In this document: piece after piece, positions 47,714 to 57,558 of the stretch | Position numbering within the stretch: position 1 is the stretch's first letter | How the letters are laid out: every line of letters starts with the position of its first letter | IMG/VR virus record: IMGVR_UViG_3300050343_000013 | Coordinates: 1-57,558 of that record | Direction: 5' to 3' (one strand) | Length of the DNA stretch: 57,558 bases | DNA from: a virus | Lineage: Duplodnaviria > Caudoviricetes | Notes under the pieces: generated by a model | What the model saw: the letters and a program-made list of their open reading frames with translations, nothing else | What the model was told of the DNA's origin: nothing | The model's database searches: none | Translations under genes and position numbers: made by a program

Positions 47714-49451
47714 GCTATACTGGGCCTAGAGGTCATGCCTTCTATGCGAGCCATGATGACTGCAGGTCCAGCTTTAGACAGAGATAACACTGCATGTATA
47801 ACTGTAGTTACTTACCCGTAGATGACCCTAAGTCCTTCGATGAGGCTATGTTCATCTCTTGTGTGGTACTGGTGTCGGCTTCAGTGTCGAGCGGCAGTTC
47901 ATTAGCAAGCTTCCCGAAGTCCCTGAGTTGTTCGATAGTGATACTACCATTGTGGTAAAGGACAGCAAGGAAGGGTGGGCTAAAGCGTTCGTCAAGTTCT
48001 TGCTCTCCTATGGGCAGGTGAGATTCCTAAGTGGGATACAAGTAGGGTACGTCCTGCAGGTGCAAGCTTAAAGACCTTTGGTGGTAGAGCATCTGGCCCT
48101 GCACCTCTTGTTGAGTTGTTTAACTTACAGTTACAGACATTTAAGAATGCACAAGGACGTAAGCTAGTTCTACTTGAGTGTCACGACATGATGTGTAAGA
48201 TTGGTGAGGTAGTTGTAGTAGGTGGTGTTCGTACGTAGTGCCATGATCTCGTTTATCTAACCTTGTCAGATGATCGTATGCGTCATGCTAAGTCAGGTAC
48301 ACTGGTGGGAACGAACCCACATAGTGCGTTAGCTAATAACTCTGTGTCGTATACAGAGAAGCCAGACAGTGTATCATTCATGCGTGAGTGGATGGCACTA
48401 GTAGAATCAGGAAGTGGAGAACGTGGTGATATTTAATCGTGAAGCATCTAAGAAACAAGCTGCAAAGAATGGCAGACGTGATCCTAACTTTGAGTTCGGA
48501 ACTAACCCTTGTAGTGAGATTATCTTACGACCATATCAGTTCTGCAATCTTACGGAAGTTGTGGTACGAGCCACAGATACGATTGAAGACTTGGAAAGAA
48601 AGGTCAGACTGTGCCACAATACTTGGGACGATCCAAAGCACGTACACCAAGTTCCCATATCTGCGAAAGGTGTGGCAGCGAAATACAGAAGAAGAACGTC
48701 TGCTCGGTGTGTCTCTCACAGGGATAATGGACAACCCATTAATGACAACAAAGAACAAAGGATTGGAGAAGACTCTTGAACACTTACGAAAGTTGCTGTT
48801 TCTACTAATGCTATGTGGGCTGACCGCCTTGGTATTCCACACTAGTACAGCAATTACTGTGCAACAAACCATCGGGCACTGTATCACAACTTGGTGGACT
48901 CTGCCAGTGGGATACATGCACGTCATCACGACTATTATATTAGAACTGTTAGAGGTGATAACAAAGATCCCCTAACACAGTTGATGAAAGATCAGGGTAT
49001 ACCTAGTGAAGCCTGTGTGTTATGAAGCCAGATCAAACAACAGTGTTTAGCTTTCCTGTTAAAGCTCCACACAAAGCAGTAGTTACTCGTAATGATATGA
49101 CAGCATTGAGCAGCTAGAGACATGGTTGATGTATCAACGACATTGGTGTGAGCATAAACCTAGCGTAACAATTAATGTGCGAAAGGATGAGTGGTTTGAA
49201 GTAGGTGCATTTGTTTACAAACACTTTGATGAGATGTCTGGGGTAAGCTTCTTGCCTTACAACGAGCACACTTATCAACAAGCTCCGTACCAGTGGTGCA
49301 CAAAAGACGATTTAAAAAATTATCTAAAGTAATGCCGAAAAGTATTGACTGGGCAAAGCTTTCAGAGTATGAAAAAGAAGACACTACTGCAAGCAGTCAG
49401 ACTTTTGCTTGTACTGGTGATGTTTGTGAAATCGTAGATATAGGAGCATAA
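47714..49451 (+). CDS. nrdJ: Class II (B12-dependent) ribonucleotide reductase; N-terminus missing, many frameshifts
   Basis: VMPSMRAMMTAG, CGTGVGFSVE, GTNPCSEI, QFCNLTEV, WCEHKPSVT and C-terminal ACTGDVCE. Confidence 0.88.
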
Positions 49452-49454
49452 TAT

Positions 49455-49796
49455 ATGCCACCAGTTAGAAAACAATTTAATCGTGCCTTATACGAAGCCT
49501 ATGACACTAAAGCAAAGGATGCTCTTATAGCATACCTTTTGAAGAAGGGTCATGTGCTAGTCAACACAGAAGAAAATTACCATGTAGATGTTATTTCTCA
49601 GAAGCACTACGGTCAAGGTACGATAGAGTGTATAAAGTATATAGAAGACTTCTTGACAGATGAGGAGTTAATAGGTTACTATAGAGGTAATATTGCAAAG
49701 TACCTTCACAGATGGCGATATAAAAATGGCGTTCAAGATTTGGAGAAAGCACAATGGTATTTAAGCGCACTGGTCCAACTACAAAAGCGAAAGTAG
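49455..49796 (+). CDS. DUF3310-containing protein (apparent chimera)
   Basis: C-terminal HYGQGTIECI...GNIAKYLHRWRYKNGVQDLEKAQWYL. The N-terminal half looks like a different protein. Confidence 0.7.
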   Translation: MPPVRKQFNRALYEAYDTKAKDALIAYLLKKGHVLVNTEENYHVDVISQKHYGQGTIECIKYIEDFLTDEELIGYYRGNIAKYLHRWRYKNGVQDLEKAQWYLSALVQLQKRK

Positions 49797-49960
49797 CTAA
49801 ACCTTTTAATCAAGGCTATAGAGGTTTCCTAGTAGGAAACTTAGTTAATCCCTATGTTCAAAACACTAAGGATCATAGGGACTGGGAGTTTGGCTTTAAT
49901 AAAGCCTACTTCAAAAACAAGGAGCAAGTACTTGACAAAGAGTCTCGAAGAAGAAGCTAA
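49754..49960 (+). CDS. Hypothetical protein
   Basis: PFNQGYRGF...NPY...DWEFGFNKAYF motif. Confidence 0.6.
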   Translation: MVFKRTGPTTKAKVAKPFNQGYRGFLVGNLVNPYVQNTKDHRDWEFGFNKAYFKNKEQVLDKESRRRS

Positions 49961-50138
49961 AAAGTTTGCTAAACAAAAACGTAAGCCTTCGACTGTCAAG
50001 GAGCTATCACCTAGATTATATTTAGCAGGTCAAGCTATGGGTGGTTTTATTGCAGCAGGTAGACAGACTTGGCGAATGGAAGAAATTAAAAAGGCATCGT
50101 TTGATTGGGCAGACTATATGTTAGATGATGATACATAA
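49854..50138 (+). CDS. Hypothetical protein (start probably TTG near 49932)
   Basis: RLYLAGQAMGG...ADYML motif, ending at the convergent terminator. Confidence 0.6.
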   Translation: MFKTLRIIGTGSLALIKPTSKTRSKYLTKSLEEEAKKFAKQKRKPSTVKELSPRLYLAGQAMGGFIAAGRQTWRMEEIKKASFDWADYMLDDDT

Positions 50139-50170
50139 AAAAAGAGGGGGCGTTTAGCCCCCTTTATTTT
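50137..50170. terminator. Bidirectional terminator between the convergent arms
   Basis: A-tract, then agggggc-gttta-gccccct, then a T-tract. Confidence 0.85.
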
Positions 50171-53100
50171 AACCTCCGAATCTCTGCATTTCTATTGAGA
50201 GATTTTGTAAATCTTTTTGCGTCTCTAAGAACCTCTCTAATATAAAGAGTTCTTCATATTTTAACTCGTCAAAGTCGTCTAGGTTCAATTCTTTTAAACC
50301 TTTTGTAATATCTTTTTTACCGTATTTACTCGCTATCTCAAACTGTTGGTTTGTAACATCTTCAGGACCAGAATGTTGAAGCCTTAGAAAAGACTTAGCT
50401 AAATCTTTTGCTCTGGGTAAAACTTCTCTTTTCCAATGTACTAAGTTTTTCATCTTGAGGTAAACTTTCAAACCAAGTAGACTCAAGTAATAAACTAGAC
50501 TCAGCCTCTATTACATCGTGAAAGATACCATGATAAGCATTAGCAGAAGCTGGAGCTAAATCTTTTACCTTCTTGTCTAGGTCTAATGTAAAGTCTCTTA
50601 AACCCATCCTAGCCATAACTCTTTTAGTATCAGTCAAGTTAATAGTTCTTGCACCTAATACTTTTGTAGTTTGTATGTCGGCTTTACCACCTGCAGCAGT
50701 CTGTTTAGGTTCTGCTAAACGTTCTCCTGTAAATAAAGGTATAATATTATCTATATATCTAAATGCATTATTAACAAGTTTATTGTTTTGTTTTCTATCT
50801 ATAGGAGCTGCATCTGGTCCTGCTACAATTCCAACAGCAATATTTAAAGGCTCTAAAGGTCTCATAAGCGGGTTTATAAATTGACTTGCAAGAGTCACAG
50901 CAGCAATCTCCGCTCCCTTAACCATATCACGTCTTTCAGGATCAACCATAAATTTTATAGATTCCAGTGTGTCTCTCTGAGCTGTATCTAAGTTTCTTAG
51001 TAAGCCAGAAGCACCAAAGTCCTCAGTAAATTGACCAAACATAGTCATTGCCTGTTGGCTTTCACCCATACGACTTAATGCAATAATTCTAGCACCCATC
51101 CTATAAGCTGACACTGGGAAGTCATATTTTTGATCTAACAGCTGTCCTGACATTGGATCTACTGCAGTGTATACAGGAAGTCCTTCTTTAACGTTTTCTA
51201 TCTCTTGATTAGACAGTGTATAGAGAATACCTGCGTTAACTAAACTTCTAGAAAAAGCTTCACCCTTTGCCATACTATCATAGTATCCAGCCCCTCTTAG
51301 CACCATGTTTAGACCAGGTGTGTTTTTTCCCATAAAAGCTACAGTGTTGTTAAAAAATCTACCAAAAGGTACAGCCATACCTAATCCAGGTATATTTCTA
51401 GCATCCTCTAGATAACCTGCTAGAGTTCCTATTGTATCTCTTCCTTTGTAAGATTTAGAAAAGATAGCTTCTAAGGTATCATCAACTGCACTGGCTTCTA
51501 TATTACGATACTCTTTAGTTGCCATATATTTAGCAGCATCAGGGGATTTATAAAATTCATTCCAACCTTTACCTGTAGTCATTCTAAGTTTTTTATCCAT
51601 CTGAAATAAAAATTCTTGAGACTTAGTGTAAAGATCTTGAGCTTGTACAAGAGTTAATTTTTGGATAAAATCAATTTTTGCATCAGTCTTCATACCTAAA
51701 AGTTTTTGATCGGCACTAAACTTACCGTCTGTTAGTAGCCTATTAGTTCCCTCTACACCTCCAGGAAGAATACTATTTAACTTTTCTAAAGCAGCTGAGT
51801 TTCTTTGTAAAGCAGACTCAAAAGCTGTATAAGTCATATCAGGATCAAACAAAAAAGAAACTCTTTGTGCATTTGATTTTAATAAGTTTGCAGCTAACTT
51901 TTGTGTTTTAGCACCTTTTTCTACATCACCTAGAAGTTTTTGTATAGTTCCTCTTCCAGCCAATAATAAAGATAGAGTTATATCAGACACACTTTGTAGT
52001 GTTGTATTAGCACCCCAACCAATAACGTTTAGAGCACTTGTAGATGGATGAGAAACTAAAAGTCTAATCAACCTGTTTTGATTTTTTGCAAAAGATTCAG
52101 CTACTATACTTGGCTCTTTAGATTTCTTTTTACTTTTTACAAAACCTGCATCTATAGCAGACTCATATAAATCTTTTAACTCTAGATCACTTATTGATAG
52201 TCCTAGCTGTCTTGCTGACTGTCCTGCTGCCCCAAGAGTTGCACCTGCTTCAGACATTTTATGTGCAAGTATGTCCCCAATATCTTTACCAGTAACTTTA
52301 TTACGAGGTATAACTTTACCCTCATCATTTTTTAGAGTAATTTTATTACCAGTTGCTTTTTCTATAGCTTTTATGTAAGCTCTAGCTTCTTTATTACTTA
52401 CACCACCGATTATATCAGACATCCAATTAGTAAACCGATCACCCTCAAAACGTCTTGCCCAAACAAAACCTCTTTCATAAGCAATCTGTGTCATACCCTT
52501 AAAAATAACTTTGTCATCTTTAGTGTGACCTAATAACAACGTCTTAAAAAAGTCAGTACTAAAATCTAAACTATCTTTAGATAATACTGCACCACCTTCT
52601 ATTTTTGTTTTCCAATCCCTAGAGATAGGAACAACATCTTGATCAAGGTATTTTCCTATTGCCTCTGATGCTTCAGAGAGAAAACCTTCAACCTCTGGTT
52701 CAGGTAACTCTGCTGTTTGTACTGCAGTATCTGATTTACCACGTCTAGCAATAAAACCTACCTGTAATCCACCAAGTACAATACCACCAAGTGCTGCTAT
52801 ACCAACTGACCAGTAGTTTATATCTTCTTGTGCATCAACATCGACAAGACCATCTTGGTATAGATATTCCATGCCAGTGCCTATTGCAGCATCGACAGAT
52901 GCTACGGTGACTACTTCTTTAATTGCTGCCTTAGTTAATAAACGTTCTTTTACGCTTTTACCTAAAGTTTGTTGTGCATAATCGTTTATTTTTGTTTTAG
53001 CTGCTTTACGTGCAGTATCTAAACCATCAACAAACTTTTTAGTTCCAACTTTTTTAGCTAGCTCTTTAGTAGGCTGCTTTTTCATTTCGTTTAGTGCAGC

Positions 53101-53682
53101 TCGTTTAGCTACTTCTGTACCAACACGAATAGAACCACCTGCGGCAGCTTTACCTAAAAATCCAGCTAGTAAGTTTGCTGGATCAAGTATAGCACTTCTT
53201 ATAAAATCTACAGTGCCTTCTACCCTCTCACCTAAATTAGTTTCTTTACTATATAAGTTAGCCATATTTTCATATAGTTGATAAGCAGAGGCAGCTCTTG
53301 CCACCTTATCTGAGTCACCTTGTATATTATTTATATAGTCCATCTCCGACAAACCACGCACAGTGTTTCCTACAGACACACCTCTGCGGTTGTTGAGATA
53401 CATATCTACAACATCTTCTTTTGATTTACCTTGCACAGACTGAGTTCCATACCTATCTAACATATAGTCTTCAATGATTGGATAAATAGAGTCACCTACC
53501 ATATCATCTTGAGAATATGTCCCAGCTTCAGGTAATAGACCCTGAGCTGTTGTTATTTCAGAGTCAGGAAACATAACCTGTATGCCAGTCTTTGCAGAGT
53601 ATTTCTCAACTAACTGATCATCTGTTAGATCTATATATTGAGGATAATTATCTCTCAGATCTTGTATTGTAACTTGAGCCAT
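50169..53682 (-). CDS. Large internal virion protein (frameshift near 50440)
   Basis: 1095-aa ORF plus the 50169-50486 continuation. PFGRFFNN motif; last gene of the virion operon. Confidence 0.75.
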
Positions 53683-53685
53683 GTA

Positions 53686-54579
53686 TTACTCTTCTAAGTC
53701 AGGGAATAACTCAGGCATACCTGATAAAAATGGATTTGCTTCCCAATCTATAAAATCCATTGGATATAGTCTTACAAGCTCATCAAAAGATTCTTTATTA
53801 TATTGAACAGTTTCTAGTAATAGTCTTAATGCAGCTTCTGATCCAGATCCAGCAGATTCAACTTGTTCTATAAGCCTTGTTAATCTTTGTACTTCATTAT
53901 CTGATGTACCTCTTTCTGACAATAAAGTTCTTTGCATAGTTCTAGCTAAAGGCATTACTTGAGCTTCAACTTTTTTAACCATTTCTTTATTATAAGCATC
54001 TCTGTTTTTAGTGTTTATATTCATACCTGGTTTTGGACTAACAAAAAGTGTCGATTGAATCTCAGATGGAGCAGAAACTATCTCTGTTGCTAACTCCCGA
54101 TATCTTTTTATACCAGCTTCTCCTGTAAAATCTGTCCCAGTAATCCTCTCTATAAAATCTATTTTTTCAGTCTCTGGTGCATTAGACGATACAACATTTA
54201 ACATACTAGGAATCATTGAGTATGTTATATTTAAACCTTGTCCTGCACGTTCTTCTATAAAATTTTGTACAAACTGGGCGGCAAAAGGATCTTCTAATAT
54301 CGGCTCGTAAAATTGTAAATCTTCTGCAGTTAAGTCTGAATCCATAAGACCTTGACGTAGAGCTTGATTTGCTTTTACAGCTGAAGTATATTTATCACCT
54401 TTAAGATACTTATTACTGTCTTTTAAATTTTCTAGGCTAAGAGCAAACAAGTTATTTTCTCTTTGAAGTGCTCTATCTAGCTCTTTTTCTTTCCTCAGTT
54501 CTTCTTTATCTCTTCGTTTTTCTCTTGCTGCATCTCTTTTATCAAAGAATGCATTTGCACCTGCGGAACTAAATGCCAT
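53686..54579 (-). CDS. Internal virion protein
   Basis: 297 aa, in the ejection-protein cluster. Confidence 0.6.
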   Translation of the reverse strand: MAFSSAGANAFFDKRDAAREKRRDKEELRKEKELDRALQRENNLFALSLENLKDSNKYLKGDKYTSAVKANQALRQGLMDSDLTAEDLQFYEPILEDPFAAQFVQNFIEERAGQGLNITYSMIPSMLNVVSSNAPETEKIDFIERITGTDFTGEAGIKRYRELATEIVSAPSEIQSTLFVSPKPGMNINTKNRDAYNKEMVKKVEAQVMPLARTMQRTLLSERGTSDNEVQRLTRLIEQVESAGSGSEAALRLLLETVQYNKESFDELVRLYPMDFIDWEANPFLSGMPELFPDLEE

Positions 54580-54581
54580 AA

Positions 54582-55076
54582 CTACGCCCTCGCCATTAGA
54601 CCAGTTTTAACTACTGGCTCTTCTTCTGTTTCTATTGGTTCTTCTTTTATTTCTGCAACCTCTGGTTCAGAGTCTGCATCACTTAACATTCTTTTTGCCC
54701 TAGCCACATCACGTTTATATTCTAAAGCTTTTTTACCTTCTTTATCTTCAAAACCCTCTTCATACTTTACGCCAGAAGCATCTAAGACACCCTTTATATG
54801 CTCGTGTATAACAGGAGCAATAATTAAACTTACATCAATACTGTGTATCCCTCCCATAACAGCACTTCTAAGTATGCCTTGAACTAAGGTAACTAAGTCT
54901 ACACCCAACTCCACAAAAGATATTAAATCTCCTATGGCATCTTTAGTAGAAAGATTATCTAGGTGTACGTCTAGAGCCTCTATTGGATCAGTTATTTCAG
55001 GAGGTCTTTCAAAAGCTTGACTTCTAGGCTCTGCTGTTAGAGATTGACCTGGTATTGGTCTATCAGTTATCTTCAT
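54582..55076 (-). CDS. Conserved virion protein
   Basis: PIPGQSLT..P....ERPP and GIHSIDVSLIIAPVIHE, ending GLMARA. Confidence 0.7.
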   Translation of the reverse strand: MKITDRPIPGQSLTAEPRSQAFERPPEITDPIEALDVHLDNLSTKDAIGDLISFVELGVDLVTLVQGILRSAVMGGIHSIDVSLIIAPVIHEHIKGVLDASGVKYEEGFEDKEGKKALEYKRDVARAKRMLSDADSEPEVAEIKEEPIETEEEPVVKTGLMARA

Positions 55077-55357
55077 CAGGTAGTACTCCCATCCTCATCA
55101 ATTTGAGTTTTAATTCTTTCTAACAATCTTTTATTAGATTCTTTAACAAACTTATATTTTTCAAACAACCTATCTGCCATACGATCTTCAACAGAGGACT
55201 CGTCTCCTTCTAATAAATTTTCTATAGCTTCTTTATCAGAACTCATTAGACCACTACGAATTTCTCGTATGTTTTTAGAAGCTTTTACTGCAGTTGCACC
55301 ACCCTCTTTAACAGCTTCATCTAAGTCTGCATAAGCTTTTCCATATTTTAAACTCAT
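55076..55357 (-). CDS. Hypothetical virion-cluster protein
   Basis: 93 aa. Its 5' part is duplicated at 1-76. Confidence 0.65.
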   Translation of the reverse strand: MSLKYGKAYADLDEAVKEGGATAVKASKNIREIRSGLMSSDKEAIENLLEGDESSVEDRMADRLFEKYKFVKESNKRLLERIKTQIDEDGSTT

Positions 55358-57558
55358 ATCTACGTATCCTTAATTAATTTTTACTACGAAAAGTTAGGGA
55401 GAAAACTAAAACCACCGCCTTCAGAATCAGGAAATAAAAACCTCATTGCAAGCTCTGTGTCATTTGCATCTTTTTTAGCCTCTAACTGCATTCTTACAGA
55501 CTCTAAAGACTTATCACCCATTACAATTTGTAATGCTCTATCTGCAGCAGACTGACTGGCTACAAAAGCATTACTCATTATATCACGTTCTCTCTGCCAT
55601 ATCTCATCTAAATTCTTAGCTGATAAAGCATTTATAGTTTTAGCAAAATCCATGTTACTCTCGTTTTGAGCACTGGTATTTAAAGTAGCTATGTTTTGCC
55701 TCCACTTAGCATTAGCTTGAGCTATTACTAAACCATTTTGAGCATTAAACAAATCTCTTTGATTCTGCATTTCAGAGTTAAATTTCCTCAAAGAGTTAAC
55801 ATTGTTTAAGTTAAACTGATCCATAGCATTTGACTGAGAAGCATTAAACTGTGACACTATAGAAGACAAGTTAGAAAAGAACTGATTTCTCTGATTTTCA
55901 CTCTGTGCATTAAACTGTTCTGCAGCATTCTCAGCAGCTGAGTCAGTTAATATTGAAGCTATATTCTGCTGAGTCTTAAATATCTCAGTCTGCTGTCTAT
56001 TATTTAAGTTAGCCATATCCATCTGCAAAAAGTTTTGTGCGTTCTGAACTTGAGCTTGTTGTAAGTTACCTAGACTTGCCATATCTAAGTTAGCTAGTGC
56101 AGCAGCTTCAGATAATAGTAGTGCCTGTCTGTTACTTAGGTTAGCAAGATCCATAGTGTTTGCAGCTCTTGAGTTCTCTAATGCAATCTGTTGATCTGCA
56201 TTAAAGTTTAAATTAGCTATCTCAGATACTCTTGCTGCATTTACAACCTTGCGCTGAAAAGCTTGATCAAAGTCTATTTGTAAAAACTTAGCTCTTTGTT
56301 CAGCTTTAAACAAAGCTACCTGTTGTTTGTTACCTGCATCAATTTGTGCGATAGGTAGTGCAGCTTCCATTGCAGCTTGTACAATAGCTTGACCTGCCAT
56401 AGAAGAAGCACCAAGTCCTCTTTCTGCCATTACAGCCGTAGCTCTACGCATAGATCCTGCAGCCCATGCAGGAGTTTGACCATCATCAAACTGAGACATA
56501 AGACTTGCTAGCTCATCTTGTACAGATGCAGCTTGAACTTCACCAGTACCAAAAGCTTGACCTACTCTAGTTTGATCAACACCAGTACCTGCTACTACTT
56601 CACCACTTTCTCCTGTGGTTGTATCTAGAGTTCTTGTGGGAACTCCTGCTTGTCCTGCAACACCTTGAACTGTTTGAGCTGTACTAGTTGCAGCACCTAA
56701 ATCTGAAACAGAACTTGTATCCTGAGTTTGACCAGTAATACCTTGTGTCAAAGTTCCTAGAGTTTGAGCTGTTAAAGAATCAGTTTGTGTTTTTACATCT
56801 GGTTGAGTTGCAGTTGTAGAAGCAGTCTGTACATTAGGTAAGATAGGCTGACCTGCTACAGAAGTTGTACCTGCAGTAGCAGCTTCAGCAAAGGGTGCTT
56901 GAGGTACAGTCATACCTGCATCTACAGGTATAAAGTCATATGCGTTGGGTATTATACCAGAAACTCCAGCTTGTATTGGCTGCATAGTCTGAGTAATAAG
57001 ACCTTGCTGCATAGCTTTAAATTGATCTTGATTTACACCTGCAGGAGAAGGTGTTTGAGTGGTGGTGTCTGAGTTTGTGTATCCAGTGTCTGACCTACAT
57101 CATATCCCAAGTATCTGTAGTCCAAGTTGTACCAGTAGATGTATAAACAGTGCCTGTTATAGGATCAGTAAAATGTATCTCCTGCTTTATGTGCGACTAC
57201 TGCAGACCCGGTAGAAGAATAAGCAGGAATACCACCAAAAGATGGTTCTCCCTGCATCCACCTGCAGCTTTCATCATAAGTTTTTCTTCTTGTGGATTTA
57301 CATATGCAAGTCTGTGAGGTTGTCCATGCTATAGTAGCTGCGTTAGGAACTACGTTAGGATTTTGTTTACCCATTGCAGATCTATACATACCCATACGAG
57401 AGGATGCACCTGGATTTGAGGCTAAGAATCCTTCTAGCTCACTAGGTGATCCTTCAAAACCTAAGAATCTTTTAGCTAGTATAGTATCTCTATCTATATC
57501 ACCACCTGCAGCTACACCAGTTATACTTTTATCTACTGACGTTGCTTGAGTAGAAGCT
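55282..57558. repeat. Terminal direct repeat, right copy (includes a duplicate of the 3' part of gene 103-3399)
   Basis: Appears identical to 1-~1770 by eye, noisy at 57050-57330, and matching again at the end. Confidence 0.97.

Noticed and set aside
57050-57330. Divergent patch in the right terminal repeat as a DGR template/variable repeat pair
   Set aside because: No reverse transcriptase is encoded, and the differences are mostly indels rather than adenine-specific substitutions. Best explained as noisy consensus or mixed alleles.

Overview
This window holds an essentially complete, circularly permuted genome (~55.3 kb unit plus a ~2.2 kb terminal direct repeat) of an AT-rich marine podovirus, most likely infecting an alphaproteobacterium of the Roseobacter/Rhodobacteraceae group. 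The host call is an inference from CtrA boxes, alpha-type LexA boxes, a DUF1127 gene and a CtaH-like gene. The minus strand (about 50.2k-57.5k and 0.1k-32k) carries packaging, head, tail, internal-virion and lysis genes resembling HMO-2011-type podoviruses. The plus strand (33.5k-50.1k) carries early genes, a tyrosine recombinase, ThyX, primase-helicase, a PolA without a DnaJ-type insert, SSB, nucleases and a class II RNR. Many conserved genes are broken by 1-bp indels and three junctions look like deletions, consistent with a noisy long-read consensus, so gene boundaries there are approximate. The most notable unannotated signals are: (1) a ~600 bp non-coding array of apparent host regulator operators (CtrA, RegA-like, SqrR-like, Zur, Fur/Mur, LexA) between the divergent arms, in a phage with an integrase but no recognisable CI repressor; (2) mirror-image ACTTWAAGT repeat blocks bracketing the early module next to the recombinase; (3) a hidden DUF1127 gene, a cuckoo-like anti-Shine-Dalgarno hairpin and a complementary GGGAGGAGG RBS; (4) a recurring hydrophobic-x-x-G-G motif across virion and small basic proteins; and (5) small host-like proteins (CtaH-like, ArfA-like, an OMP beta-barrel). 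All family names come from motif recognition by eye; no database searches were run.
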